Part shown: positions 11,660 to 24,300 of the stretch, in pieces
Layout: each line of letters begins with the position of its first letter
Numbering within the stretch: the first letter of the stretch is position 1
Source: Stegostoma tigrinum
Lineage: Eukaryota
Reading direction: 5' to 3'
Assembly (NCBI RefSeq): GCF_030684315.1
Contig: NC_081374.1
Span: 12,016,837 to 12,080,836 of the forward strand
DNA length: 64,000 nucleotides
The notes under the pieces: generated by a model
The model's input: only the letters and a program-made list of their open reading frames with translations
Told to the model about the DNA's origin: nothing
The model's database searches: none
Translations under genes and position numbers: made by a program

Positions 11660-14279
11660 CATAGAACATAGAACGTAACAGCACAGTACAGGTCATTCAG
11701 CTCTCAATGTTTCACCGGCCTATGAAACCAATCTGAAGCCGAACTAGCCTACACTATTCCATTATTATCCATATATTTATCCAATGACCATTTAGATGCC
11801 CTTAAAGTTGGCGAGTCTATTACAGTTGCAGGCTGGGCATTACACGCCCTTACTTCTTTCTGAGTAAAGAACCTACCTCTGACATCAGTCCTGTAGCTAC
11901 CACCCCTCAATTTAAAGCTATGTCCCCTTGCGCTAGCCATCACCATCAGAGGAAAAAGCCTCTCACTGTCCCCCTATCTAATCCTCTGATCATCTTATAT
12001 ATCTCTATTAAGTCGCCGCTTAACCTTCTTCTCTCCAATGAAAACAACCTCAAGCCCCTCAACCTTTCCTCATAGGACATTCACTCCATACCAAGCAACA
12101 TCCTCTGCACCCTTTCCAATGCTTCCACATCCTTCCGAGAATGCGGCGACCAGAACTGTAAGCAATATTCCAGTGTAGCCGCATCAGAGTTTTATGCAGC
12201 TGCAACATTACCTCATGGCTCAGAAACTCAATCCCTCTACCAATAAAACTTAGTACATCATACACCTTCCTAACCACCCTATCAACCAGGGTGGCAACTT
12301 TCAGGGATCTATGCACATGGACACCAAGATCTCTCTGCTCATCTGCACTACCAAGAATCTTACCATTAGCCCAGGACTCTGTATTCCTGTTACTCCTTCC
12401 AAAGTGAATCACCTCACACTTTTCTGCATTCAACTCCATTTGCCACCTCTCAGCCCAGCTCTGCAGCTTATCTACATCTCTCTGTCATCTGCAACGTCCT
12501 TCCACACTATCCACAACTCCACTGACTTTAGTATCATCCGCAAATTTACTAACCCATCCTTCTACACCCTCATCCAGGTCATTTATAAAAATGACAAACA
12601 GCAGTGGCCCCAAAACAGATCCTTGTGGTATACCAGAAACTGAACTCCAGGATGAACATTTCCCATCAACCACTACCCTCTGACTTAGAACATAGAACAT
12701 AGAAAAGTACAGCACAGTACAGGCCCTTTGGCCCACGATGTTGTGCCGTGGAATAATCCTAATCCAAAAGTAAAATAACCTCACCTACATTCCCCTCAAT
12801 TCACTGCAGTCCATGTGCATGTCCAGCAGTCGCTGAAATGTCACTAATGACTCCGCTTCCATGACTACCACTGGCAAACTATTCCATGCGCTCACAACAC
12901 TCTGGGTGAAGAACCTCCCTCTGACATCTCTTCTATACCTTCCAACTAATACCTTAACACTATGACCCCTCATGGCAGTCAATCCTGCCCCGGGGAAAAG
13001 TCTCTGGCTATCAACTCTATCCATGCCTCTCATTACCTCGTACACCTCGATCAGGTCACCTCTCTTCCTCCTTCTCTCCAGAGAGAAAAGTCCGAGCTCA
13101 GTCAACCTCTCCTCGTAAGACAAGCCCTCCAGTCCAGGCAGCCTCCTGGTAAACCTCTTTTGCACCCTCTCCATAGCCTCCACATCTTTCCTGTAATAGG
13201 GCGACCAGAACTGGACACAATATTCCAAGTGTGGTCTCAACAGATTTTGTAGAGCTGCAGCATAAACACGCGGCTCTTAAACTTGATCCCCTTGTCAATG
13301 AAATTCAAAACACCGTCTGCTTTCTTAACAACCTTATCCACCTGGGTGGCAACTAGGCTGACTGGTCTGTAATTTCCAGGGATTTCCCTATTCCCTCTCT
13401 TGAAAAGAGGAACAACGTTTGCCTCCCTCCAATCTTCCGGTATGACTCCCGTGGAGAGTGAGGAAGCAAAGATCTTTGGCAATGTCTTAGCAAACTCTTT
13501 TCTTGCTTCCCGGAGAAACCTAGGATAAATCTGGTCTAGCCCTGGGGACTCATCAATCTTACTGTTCACTAAAATTTCCAGCACATCACCTTCCTCAGTC
13601 ATGATCTGTTCAAGCCTGCCTTCCTGCTCCTCAAAGTTCTCATTCACAACAAGGTCCCTTTCCTTAGTGAAAACCAAAGAAAATAACTCATTTAGTGCTT
13701 CCCCTATCTGCTCAGACTCCATGCACAAGTTCCCTATGCTATCCCTGATTGGCCCTACCTTCTCCCTGATCATTCTCTTATTCCTCACGTATGAGTAAAA
13801 TGCCTTCGGGTTCTCCCTCATCCTTCCTGCCAAGCCTTTTTCGTGCACCCTCCTGGCCCTCCTCAGTCCACTTTTGAGCTCCTTCCGAGCAAGCCTGTAA
13901 TCCTCTAAAGCTGTGCTAGACCCTTGCTTCCTCCACCTTACGTAAACTGCCTTTTTCTTTTTGACAAGAAGCACTTCTGTACCCGTCATCCAAGGCTCCT
14001 TAATCTTACCCCTTCTTACCTGTCTCAGAAGAACAAATTTACACATCACTCGCAACAACTGCTCCTTAAACAGTCTCCGCATGTCTGTTGTGCCCCTTCT
14101 GTGGAACAACTGCTCCCAATCTGTACTTCCCAACTCCTGCCTGATAGCGTCATAATTTCCTTTTCCCCAGTTAAATATCTTCCCCTGGTAACTGCTCCTT
14201 TCCTTTTCCATGTCTTCTTGCAGCTAGCCAATTTCTGATCCAAACCGCTAAATCACCCTCAATCCCATGCCTCCGTATT
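11660..14279 (-). mobile_element. CR1 LINE host (5'-truncated RT/3' end), split by a second CR1; copies at 1..1961 (partial) and 23979..26598
   Basis: [35 protein letters not shown] motifs, CR1 C-terminal peptides and a CATAGAA-repeat tail at 11660. Its 5' remainder (IRRHGIEGDLAVWIRNWLAARR) is at 14212..14279. Confidence 0.9.
12687..14210 (-). mobile_element. Nested CR1 LINE with RT core deleted; copies at 369..1892 and 25006..26529
   Basis: ORF2 peptides NPKAFYSYV, IPEDWREANVVPLFKRG, NYRPVSL and RPHLEYCVQFWSP; own AGAACAT-repeat tail; putative TSD TGACTT/TGTCTT. Confidence 0.9.
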
Positions 14280-17200
14280 CAATCACCTTTCCTTAGCCAC
14301 TGACTCCATCCATCACCCTGTTCAACAGAGCCCTCATCCAACATGTTTTGAGTTCCACACTCAGCCATTCCCAAACCATCCCAATTGGACTTGAACCTTC
14401 CACCATACATCAACTTAATCTCATCCAAATCTTTGCTCCAACTTTACATCTTTAAAGGTACGATAGAAATGCAAGTTACCTTGTTTGCAAACATTGATAG
14501 GGCAAGATTTTTTTTTAAATGTGCAAACCAGCCTACTGGATCTAGAAAGATGTGAATCCATACTGCGCGGAAGAACAAATTGAAATATTGTCCCAGACAT
14601 TAAAATTCAAATTAATTTGAATTGAAATGAACAGAATGAAATTCAAATTAAAACCTGACATTTTTAAAATAGCTTTCATTCCAACATTACATTATTTATA
14701 AAAATGCTTCTGTCTACAGCAAGCTACGTGTAAATGGCTCATTCTCAATGAAACCGCATTCAGTTTGGGCCCAGTCCATTAAATCCTCAACTAGAATCAT
14801 GGTCATTGAGAAGTGTGAATGAGAATTACACAATTCCTACAGTGCAGAAAGAGGCCATTGGGCCCATCAGGGTTACACTATCTCTGTCAAGAACATCCCA
14901 CCAGACTGGAAATTCCACTCAAGATAACAAAGTGTGGAGCTGGATGAACACAGCAGGCCAAGCAGCACCTCAGGAGCACCAAAGCTGACATTTCGGGCCT
15001 AGACCCTTCATCAGAAAAGGGGGATGGGGAGAGGATTCTGAAATAAATAGGGAGAGAGAGGGAGGCAGATCTAAGATGGACTGAGGAGAAGATAGGTGGA
15101 GAGGAGAGTATGGGTCGGGAGGTAGGGAAGGGATAGGTCAGTACACGGAGAACGGACAGGTCAAGGTGACGGAATGAGGTTAGTAGGTGGGAAATGGAGG
15201 TGTGGCTTGAGGTGGCAGTAGGGGATAAGTGAGAGGAAGAACAGGTCAGGCAGACAGGGGCGAGCTGTGCTGGTTTTGAGATGCAGTGGGAGGAGGGGAG
15301 ATTTTGAAGCTGGTGAAGTCCACATTGATAACATTGGGCTGCAGGGTTCCCAAGTGGAATATGAGTTGCTGTTCCTGCAACCTACGGGTGGCATCATTAT
15401 GGCACTGCAGGAGGCCCAGGATGGGCATGTCGTCGAAGGAATGGGAGGGGGAGTTAAAACGGTTCGCGACTGGGAGGTGCAGTTGTTTACTGCGAACCGA
15501 ACGAGGGTGTTCTGCAAAGCAGTCCCCAAGCCTCCACTTGGTTTCCCCAATGCAGAAGAAGCCACACCGGGCACAGCAGATCCAGTATACTATATTGGCG
15601 GATGTGCAGGTGAACATATGCTTGATGTGGAATGTCATCTTGGGGCCTGGGATGAGCATGAGGGAGGTGGTAGAATTCCACTCTATTCCCTTAACCCTAC
15701 ATATCTAATGACTAACCCACCTGCACTACATAGCCTCTGAGCTCTCGGAAATTTGGCATGATCAATTCACAAACCTGCACATCAATGCAGCATCAGAGGA
15801 ACCTGAAGCACCTTCTGGAAACCCATGCAGACACGGGCAGAATGTGCAAACTGCACAGTGTCTGACAAGGCTTCAGTTGAACCCAGGTCGCTGAGTCTGT
15901 GAGGCAACAGTGTTAACCACTGAGACACTGGGCTGTCCATACTTGTGAAGTTGAGATGTGAAAAAAATGCTTCTACATTTGTTGCACGCTTTGATGTTCA
16001 TTGTGAATTGACACTGTAAGAAAAATATGTGAATATTTTCAAGGGGGACGTGTGACAGAAATCCATGAATGTACAAAGAGACAAAGTGTTAATTATTTCC
16101 ATCTGCACATTGGAGTTTGGTGTGTCAATGGAATGACAGATAGAAATGATTCAGGCAGGTTGAACAGTAACATTTCAAAATCATTCCGATAGATACATGG
16201 ATGGGAGAGGTTTAGAGGGATATGGACGAAATGCCAGGAATTGGAACGAGCTGGGGATGCACCATGGTCAGTATGGACCAGTTTGTGCTGAAGGGCCAGT
16301 TTCCATGCTGCCTTAGTCTATGAATATATTACTTTATTCTCAAGGGCTGGAAGAGGAATTATCGTTTAAACTGTGCTCTCAACTGGAGCCATAGCTCTTA
16401 CAGCTCAGAACATGTCTATGACAGAGTATTGTATCCGCTCAAAGCTTCTGGGTTAAGAATTATCCGCACATCTCAGGCCTCATCTCAACATCCTCCCCGA
16501 CCCGAAAACCAATCCACCGGTTTTAATCAGGGCCTGCTAGACACCTGGGATTGGCCTCCTCTATCACTGGTAAAAGCCCCGAGCCTGTGGAGAAAGCCCT
16601 TTGGCAAACCACAAACCATACCTACAGGCATTGTAACGCTGTGCGGGCAGCCATTGCCTACAGCTCATTAAAGAGATAGAACTGGGTCACCTGCAGCAAT
16701 ATGTCTGCAGCTACTGACAGAAATGTTCCGTGGAGACACATTCTGGAAAGACAGGGAGGGGACAGTTTTCTTAGAGCCCACATCACTGTTAATAAACTGG
16801 ACATTGTGGGTGGAGAACTCTTGTGTCATTCAAGGCTGTTCTGAGAGTTTTCAGAACGAGCCCTTTGCTCACCGTCTCTGAGAGGGTAACCTCCTGGGAC
16901 AGGTTCGTGTACACATTGTGGTGTATCACTGCACAATTCCAGAGCAAATGGAATGTGTGTACTGATGACGGAGGGGTTTTGAGGCAGGTTCAGTTCATAC
17001 AATGGTTTGTCTCAGAAAAGCAGGCTTTTGTCAACTGCCAAGTGCCCATCTCACGGGATATGGCTTTGAATCTGAGCATGTTTTAATACTGAGTGGCTTT
17101 TAAAAAGTGCTGGCTGCCCATCAACCAGAGCGTGGCATTAACACTAAGCAAGTCACTTCAGAGGATCTCTGGCAATTTGGTCAGACATTCTACACTTTGT

Positions 17201-18353
17201 TAAAAAGAACTGCATTCCCTGTTTCATCACAGTCTAATGATAAGTCTCATTATATTTTTCCAGCTGTTTCTACAATGCCCATGTCATTCAGGGTCTGGCA
17301 GTTCCCTGCTCTCTATTTCTGACCCTCAGACACTGACAACCTAATGTCAGAGGGTTTCATCCACATTGATGTAATAAACCCCAAATGTATCCAACTGTTC
17401 TACAGGACTTTACCCAACGTACTGTTTCTGTTTCCCAGACAGAGCATTGCGATGGTCCTCACTGGTTCAGTCTCTGGGTAACAACTCCAGTGACTCTCCT
17501 TCTATATTAAGCATTAAGGTGGGAACACTGCCTTCAGCATTGTGGGTGGGGGTTAGCAGAGTTGGTGCAGGGTGTCAGCCCCTTTGACCTTCTCAAAGGT
17601 GAAACCCAGTATGATTCACCAGGCTCACTCATCATCAACCACGTCCTGGGAACCACAAAGCCCCATGTCAGGCAGTTCACCAGAGGGAACCTCACCTTGG
17701 AATTGAACTCACCCCCCAGTTACTCAATCACAGCTCACTTCTCCCAGAATTGTCTCTCTGTCAGCAGAGACCTTTTTCTGCCTGAAATCAGCATCATTAC
17801 TTGCTTACTTGACTCTTATAGAAATGGAGCAGAGAGTGCCGATCTCCTGCAATCCAGGAGTTCACAATAATTGACACAATAATTATTCTGCACTCTCAAT
17901 AGGAGGCACATTCTGCAAACAAAAATTCAAAACAAATCAATGTTTAACTGCACGATGAATTTTCACACATAAATCTGCATTTGTCATGAACTGTTTGTTG
18001 GAATTTTCTAACATGGGAGAATTAGACAGTTTTCATTCACCTGAGAATTCAGTCTAAATACTGAGCTTCAGTCACTGCTATCTGTACAACTGACTCTTGA
18101 AATGTCGTGATTTCAGAAATTTTTTATTCATTCATTGAAAATTAGTTGAGTACTTCTGTTAAGCATAGCTGACAGGACAAACATTTCTTCAGGGTTAATT
18201 TGCATCAAGTGGCAGACTGTAGTTTCAGAAGTTGGCTTCCTATATCCTCTTCCTCATTTACATTCTTGTAGACATTGTATTACTCGTTTATTTCAGTGTG
18301 AGAAACAAGAGCTGTGTGACTGACATCAAGAGCTGATCTTTGTGAATAAAACA

Positions 18354-18390
18354 ATGTGGACTTTGATTCTTCTGATTTGTTCCATTCCCG
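18354..18390 (+). other. Duplicated exon 1 (leader), middle copy; orphan or alternative first exon
   Basis: Identical to 30671..30707 including the donor; the following intron is cut at 19563. Confidence 0.88.
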
Positions 18391-21300
18391 GTGAGTGACC
18401 ATCTGAGTTGTTAATTTCAATAACTAATACTTATTAAAGTCTCCCGTCTGGTTTATACAGTATAGAGGTGTTTACATATTTGGAGATATGTAAAAAAACA
18501 AAGGAACATCATGTTGACACAGCAGGTAACATCTTTATTGCTGTGACAAATGCCTGAGAATTTGATTCATTCTCCAGCACATTCTCACAAACCCAAACAG
18601 GTTCATCATCAACCTGCAAATTCTTTCAATGTGCTCATGGCGGGGAGCAAGTGTGGATGAAATTCCAGGTCAGATTTATCCAGCGCAGTGTGTTTCCTCT
18701 CAAATACTGTCTCAGGACAGTAATCTTTTCCAGGAAGAACAAACTGCAGAAATCTGATGCACCATGTGCTTTACGAAAGCCTTTGAAGTTCAAATGAAAA
18801 ATGTAAAAATACATGAACAACGTCAGGAAATATTATATCTTCTTCTGAATATATGATAATGTCATGGGACATAGTTACCAAATACTTTACAGCTGCATTA
18901 GTCATTATCAATAAAATGAAAAAGGAGAGCAGAACATTTTTTTATAGTGATTCAAACAGCATAAACAATTGAACTCGTCCAAAATTTTTCATTTTCAATG
19001 TACACTGAAAGCTGGTGTGGAAGTCAGCCTTCAAACAAAAGATCTTGGGTTTTGATTTCATTCTTTTTTTACTCTTATGACAATTCATTAAATACTGTTT
19101 TGCAAGGTGCTGTCACAAAAGTAGGTGGTTGGATTATATATCTTCCCATAAAAAGCTTTTTTCCTTTCAGTCATTAACTTTAACTGAGTTGCTGATGGTG
19201 TTTTTTGCCCTTCACTTATAACTTTAAAATCTATCACTGCAATAAAATTATTGTTCAGTATTGTCACTTCCCCTTCATTGATGATCAAGCAAATTTGAAA
19301 CACAAAATATTAAAATTCCAAGGGATGGAGCTCAATGAAGTGTTAGAGGAGAACCTTCTGCAACAGTTTGAGACTCAACCTCATCAATTTCATGCAGAAT
19401 ACCTGACGGACAGTAAACTGAAGCGTGCCTCTGTGTGTTCAGAAATCCTCTTTGTTTCGAGGCTTCCTCTTTCCAATAAGAACTCTAATCCATGACTTCC
19501 ATCAGCTTTAACCATTTATGCATTTTCTACCTTTTGCATTTCCTTTCAACTGCCTCATTTATTGAATGGCGCAGATTTGTTCCAATGTCTTATGTCTTCA
19601 CCTATTTCTGCTGTCACCTGATCACCAGCACAACTACAGGGATACATTAACTCTCTGTGATCCAATGATCTTCGATGTGTACAAGCAGCATTGATATGTA
19701 TTAGTTTTCCAGAACATGTGTAACAGCCAATGGGGAAGGAGGAGTGTGATCTGGACATAGCTCCAGTTCATTTCAAGTTATCTTCAGTTCATTGCCATGT
19801 CCAGAATTCAATTCAAAACTAACGAGAAAACGAAGGCATCAGACTCTGTCTCAGTGTTTCTGATGTTTCTTTCCAGTTCCTCATTGAATGTGATACTCTC
19901 AGCTCGACCAATTGGGAAAGTAAAGATTTTCTGCACCTGTGCCACTGGCTGGAAGTTTACATCTTGAGAAAATATTGACTAACTATCTCACATCGGATAT
20001 TTGTTTCGTCAATCCTGTATGAGAAAAGAAATCTTGTCATAAGATGATTTTGGATTAATGTAGTTGAAAAAGAACAAAAACCTGAAATGATCGCTGTAAT
20101 CACAAATTGTAATCAGAGATGAGAACTGCAGACACTGGAGACTCCAAGATAACAAGGTGCAGAGCTGAATGAGCACTGCAGGACAAGCAGCATCTTAGGA
20201 GCAGGAAAGCGAGGTCGAGCCCCGAACCATCAGCTTTCCTACTCCTGAGATGCTGCTTGGCCTGCTGTGTTCATCCTTGTTATTTCACATGATGTGTTTC
20301 ACTTTTATACAGGATAGATCAATGTATATTTTTGAGAATGGGAGACTATCACAAAGAAAGAGGAAAGTGGGTGGAATTTAAACCTCCCTGGAACAATCAG
20401 GGAAATTACTAGAAGTTGGGAAAATATGCCAATCATGAAAGAATCAGAACTTCTCATCAAGAAAATATTTTACAATTTTCTCCTCAGGTGTATGAATGGC
20501 GTCTTCAGAATCTCGCTACTGAGTTGAGACCATCTTATTTCCATGTATTTGTGCTTCGTTATGAGCCCAACCCTCACCACGTTTTCACCATTTCCAATTG
20601 TTCTCTTCCACCCGGGAAATACACAGTGCAAATTCCCAATATGTTATTCACAGCAGCTTACTGGCAGGTACTACTCACTGATTGCTTGTCCCAAACCTCG
20701 CCAAGACTTCTTCTGTCTTCACCACAACGTCCCTGCACACTCCCTGGAGACAATCCTCCTCCACTCTATATCCACTCAAGTCATCATGAGCACAGCATCA
20801 GCCTTCCTTGCAGCATCAGAACTCCCCTCGCTCCAGCGCTCCCACCACTTGAATTTGGAGCTCACGGACAATTGTTTGCAGGCTGCCAGCCTCAGTGCTT
20901 TACATTGCTTTTAAACACAGAGCCCTGTCATTGGAAGCCGCGGCCTGCCAGACTCTGGGAGCTGCATTGCATTGTACCACAGAGTTCAAAGTTGGCAACT
21001 TGTCACGGTGGGAGGCACTGAGCAGGAAGGGAGTGGGCATCTCACTCTATGGCACAATGCCAAGTCAGTGTCACTCTGACAATACTGGTCAGTACGTCAT
21101 GTGGCAAAGACAGTGATGTGTTTCAATGAAATTGCCATGTCTTAAAGTGAAAGTGGAGTAGTGCCGAGTGGGGTGATTGGGGACTATGGGGAATCTGGGG
21201 CTGACGCCACAATCAGTCCAGATGCTCATTCAATTCCAGTCCATGATCAGTCTGTGCCAGCTCTGGCCAGACTCTGGGGATCTAGGGCCTTGTGTTCCAG

Positions 21301-24300
21301 GCACTGGGCCTCACTAATGCAAGTGTATCCAGCCCAGGGATTACAGAGGGCTCAGTTTGGGAGCTTGGAGATATAAGTTACTGTACTGGGCCACTTTTAT
21401 TGGAACTCTCCTGCCGAGTCAGTCCACATTGTTGTGGGAGTAGGCGATGACTTAATTGGGAATGGATTTATCAGGGCCAAGTCTATGGAAGCCAGAGGGA
21501 AATGATCAAATCAAGTCTGGGCTAGGCTCGATTGGACTGTGTCATTGAGAGAATGATGACAGTGAGTAAAGGCAGTTCAAGTTAAAAGAGTATTACAAGT
21601 GTAAAATAGACAGAGTAGGATTTCCGGTCATCACAATTACATGCCTACAGTCAGAAGATGTTCTTCCAGCTTGAAGACATGAAAATCTTACAGTATTAGA
21701 CAGGATGTACATTGTATGTTTGGGTAATAAAATCATGTCCATCAAGTCATATAGTCATAAAATGCAAAGTTAGATCCTCCAGTCCAACTCGTCCCCCTCA
21801 AACACACATCCCAATCTGACCTGGTCCCATTTGTCAGCTTTGGCCCCACATACCTCCAAACCTCTCCTACTCACATACCCATCCAGATGCCTTTTATATG
21901 CTGTAATTGTATCAGCATTCACCACTTTGTCTGGCAGCTCATTGCTTAAATGCACTACCCACTGTGTGAAAAGGTTACTCCTCAGTTATTTTGTTAAATC
22001 TTTTCCCATTCACCTTTGACCGCTGCCCTTTGTTTGTGGACTCCCACATCAGGGAAAAAGACCCGGGCTATTCAGCCTGTCCAAGCCCTCATTTCAATTA
22101 GTTTATTTCCGATAGACATGTGTAATAATGTGGAATGTAGACAATGTGAATACTGTTGGGTACCGGTACGGGTGAGCTCATATCTAACAGTTTGTTTTGG
22201 ATATTATTATTTACAGAAAGCATTGTACGGAAGCTCGTTAGTTGTATGAATCAGATAAAGTCTTGTTGCCATTTGAAAGATGTGATCTGCTTGTCATTTT
22301 TTCATATATACAGCTTCAATGCCTGCATTAGTAAATATTTAAACAAAGAAACCTGACTCTGCTCCTGTCCAAAGAGGAAATTCCACATAAGATCACCCTT
22401 TTGGGGGGCTCTCATAGAACATCGGAAGTGCCAGAGAGCAGCAGGAGGTGAGGTTTTCCCAGGTCACTGTCACTTTAGCCTGTACTTGGTGTGGGTTCAG
22501 GGCCAATAAGGACACTGAATTGTAGGCCTGAGAGGGGATAGTCTGCAATGTGCAAGGGATCCTCTTCATTGCGAAGGAGATGCCTATCATAGTGACTTAC
22601 TGCCAGAATTCTACACCCCCAATAAATCTCAATGTCTTTGGTTGTGCAGATTACATTTGGATGAGGTTATACAGCTCGGACATTCTCACGGTGTTATGAC
22701 AGCGACAACAGTTGCCCTGAATTTTCTTGCCAATTTTCAAGGACCAACTGGACAGCTGTATGGCACCTCCAACTCTGACACACAAATGCAGACCAGCTGT
22801 CTCTGCTGCCGTTTTCTCCAGATCACATCTGCTCATATGTTTCCCCGAGCTGTGACACAGATAGTATCTCCGTCCAGGAAGGGGAATATTCCACCACCAC
22901 TGGCTTCCCCCAGGGACAGGATACTATAAGCTGCACCCACACTGCTTTCAGAATGTCCCCAGCACTAACTTGCAAATCTCAACAACAGGAAAGACTCCAC
23001 CTCCATCAAGGCACACGTTGGGTGTAACCATCGATGCCAGGTTTTGGAGGTGGGTCATTGATATCCTGGGGGCTCCCACAATGTGCAGATAGTCGAGCGG
23101 TCACTGGGTCCTGCTTCTTCCCAATATTCTCAGGACATACAGGAATGGCTGCTGGGAGACAGGAAGAGCCCTCCTGAAACTTGGCTGATGGCATTTTTAT
23201 CAAACCCATAGACTGATACAGTATGAAGATATAATGCTGCTCCTGCTTCCACCAGGGCCACTGTGGAACAGACCATAGGGCTCGTTAAGATGGGGTTTTG
23301 ATGCCTAGAATTCTTCAGCGTGACCTTGCAGCTTTGCCCAGAATGTCTCCCCCATCAGTATGGCTGCTGGGGCCCTCACAGATGGAGCTGACAAAGATTG
23401 TTGGAGGGGGGCAGTGGGATGTCCCACATCCAGGTGAAATGGGGTGGGGGTCATATTCGGGCTCACTGTCACTGACTGGAACTTCTGCAGTGGCTCTGCA
23501 TCCCAGGCAGGAAGGAAATGGAGAGACCAGACATCACTGGAGTGTCCTGAGGAGAAACATCGAGGGATTTTCTGTGAGGGTCCTCCTCTCTATGGGTGCC
23601 TCCTGACACCATCCTGTCACTTTGAGAGGAAGGGGAACCTGGAGTGATGTCAATAGCCACGTCACACTCTCACCTCCTCAGTGACGCTGAACACCCACGG
23701 CCTCAGCAATGGAGTGTCGGTCCGTGTTCATATCCAGCAGACACTGAGTGGACTGGACCTGAGTCTGAGAGACACCCGCCCACCTCTCCAAGGGGATGGT
23801 CAGACACATCGCCTGGGACTGATAGTGTTGGCTTATTCCTCCATTCTTTGTTCCAGTTTAACAGCTGCCCCTGACATACCTACCTGCTGTGCTTGTGCCC
23901 GTCAGTGCATGTTCACAAAGTCAGTAAGATTAAAGCTGACAATTCTGAAGATTGAAACCATTGTCTTTGGTCACACCACATAGAACATAGAACGTAACAG
24001 CGCAGTACAGGTCATTCGGCTCTCAATGTTTCACCGGCCTATGAAACCAATCTGAAGCCGAACTAGCCTACACTATTCCATTATTATCCATATATTTATC
24101 CAATGACCATTTAGATGCCCTTAAAGTTGGCGAGTCTATTACAGTTGCAGGCTGGGCATTACACGCCCTTACTTCTTTCTGAGCAAAGAACCTACCTCTG
24201 ACATCAGTCCTGTAGCTACCACCCCTCAATTCAAAGCTATGTCCCCTTGTGCTAGACATCACCATCAGAGGAAAAAGCCACTCACTGTCCCCCTATCTAA

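Larger units (their letters stand above)
11610..14320 (+). mobile_element. Old L2-like LINE fragment (11610..11659 plus 14280..14320) interrupted by the CR1 stack
   Basis: Joined halves read LKLTILKIETIVFG..HNHLSLATDSIHHP, like the recalled post-RT L2 peptide LQLNIGKTEAIVFG..KLRSLATDSIPLP. Confidence 0.6.
7246..19563. repeat. 12.3-kb tandem duplication, unit X (12,318 bp)
   Basis: Junction ..ctcatttatt|gaatggcgc.. seen at 7245/7246 and 19563/19564. Confidence 0.95.
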
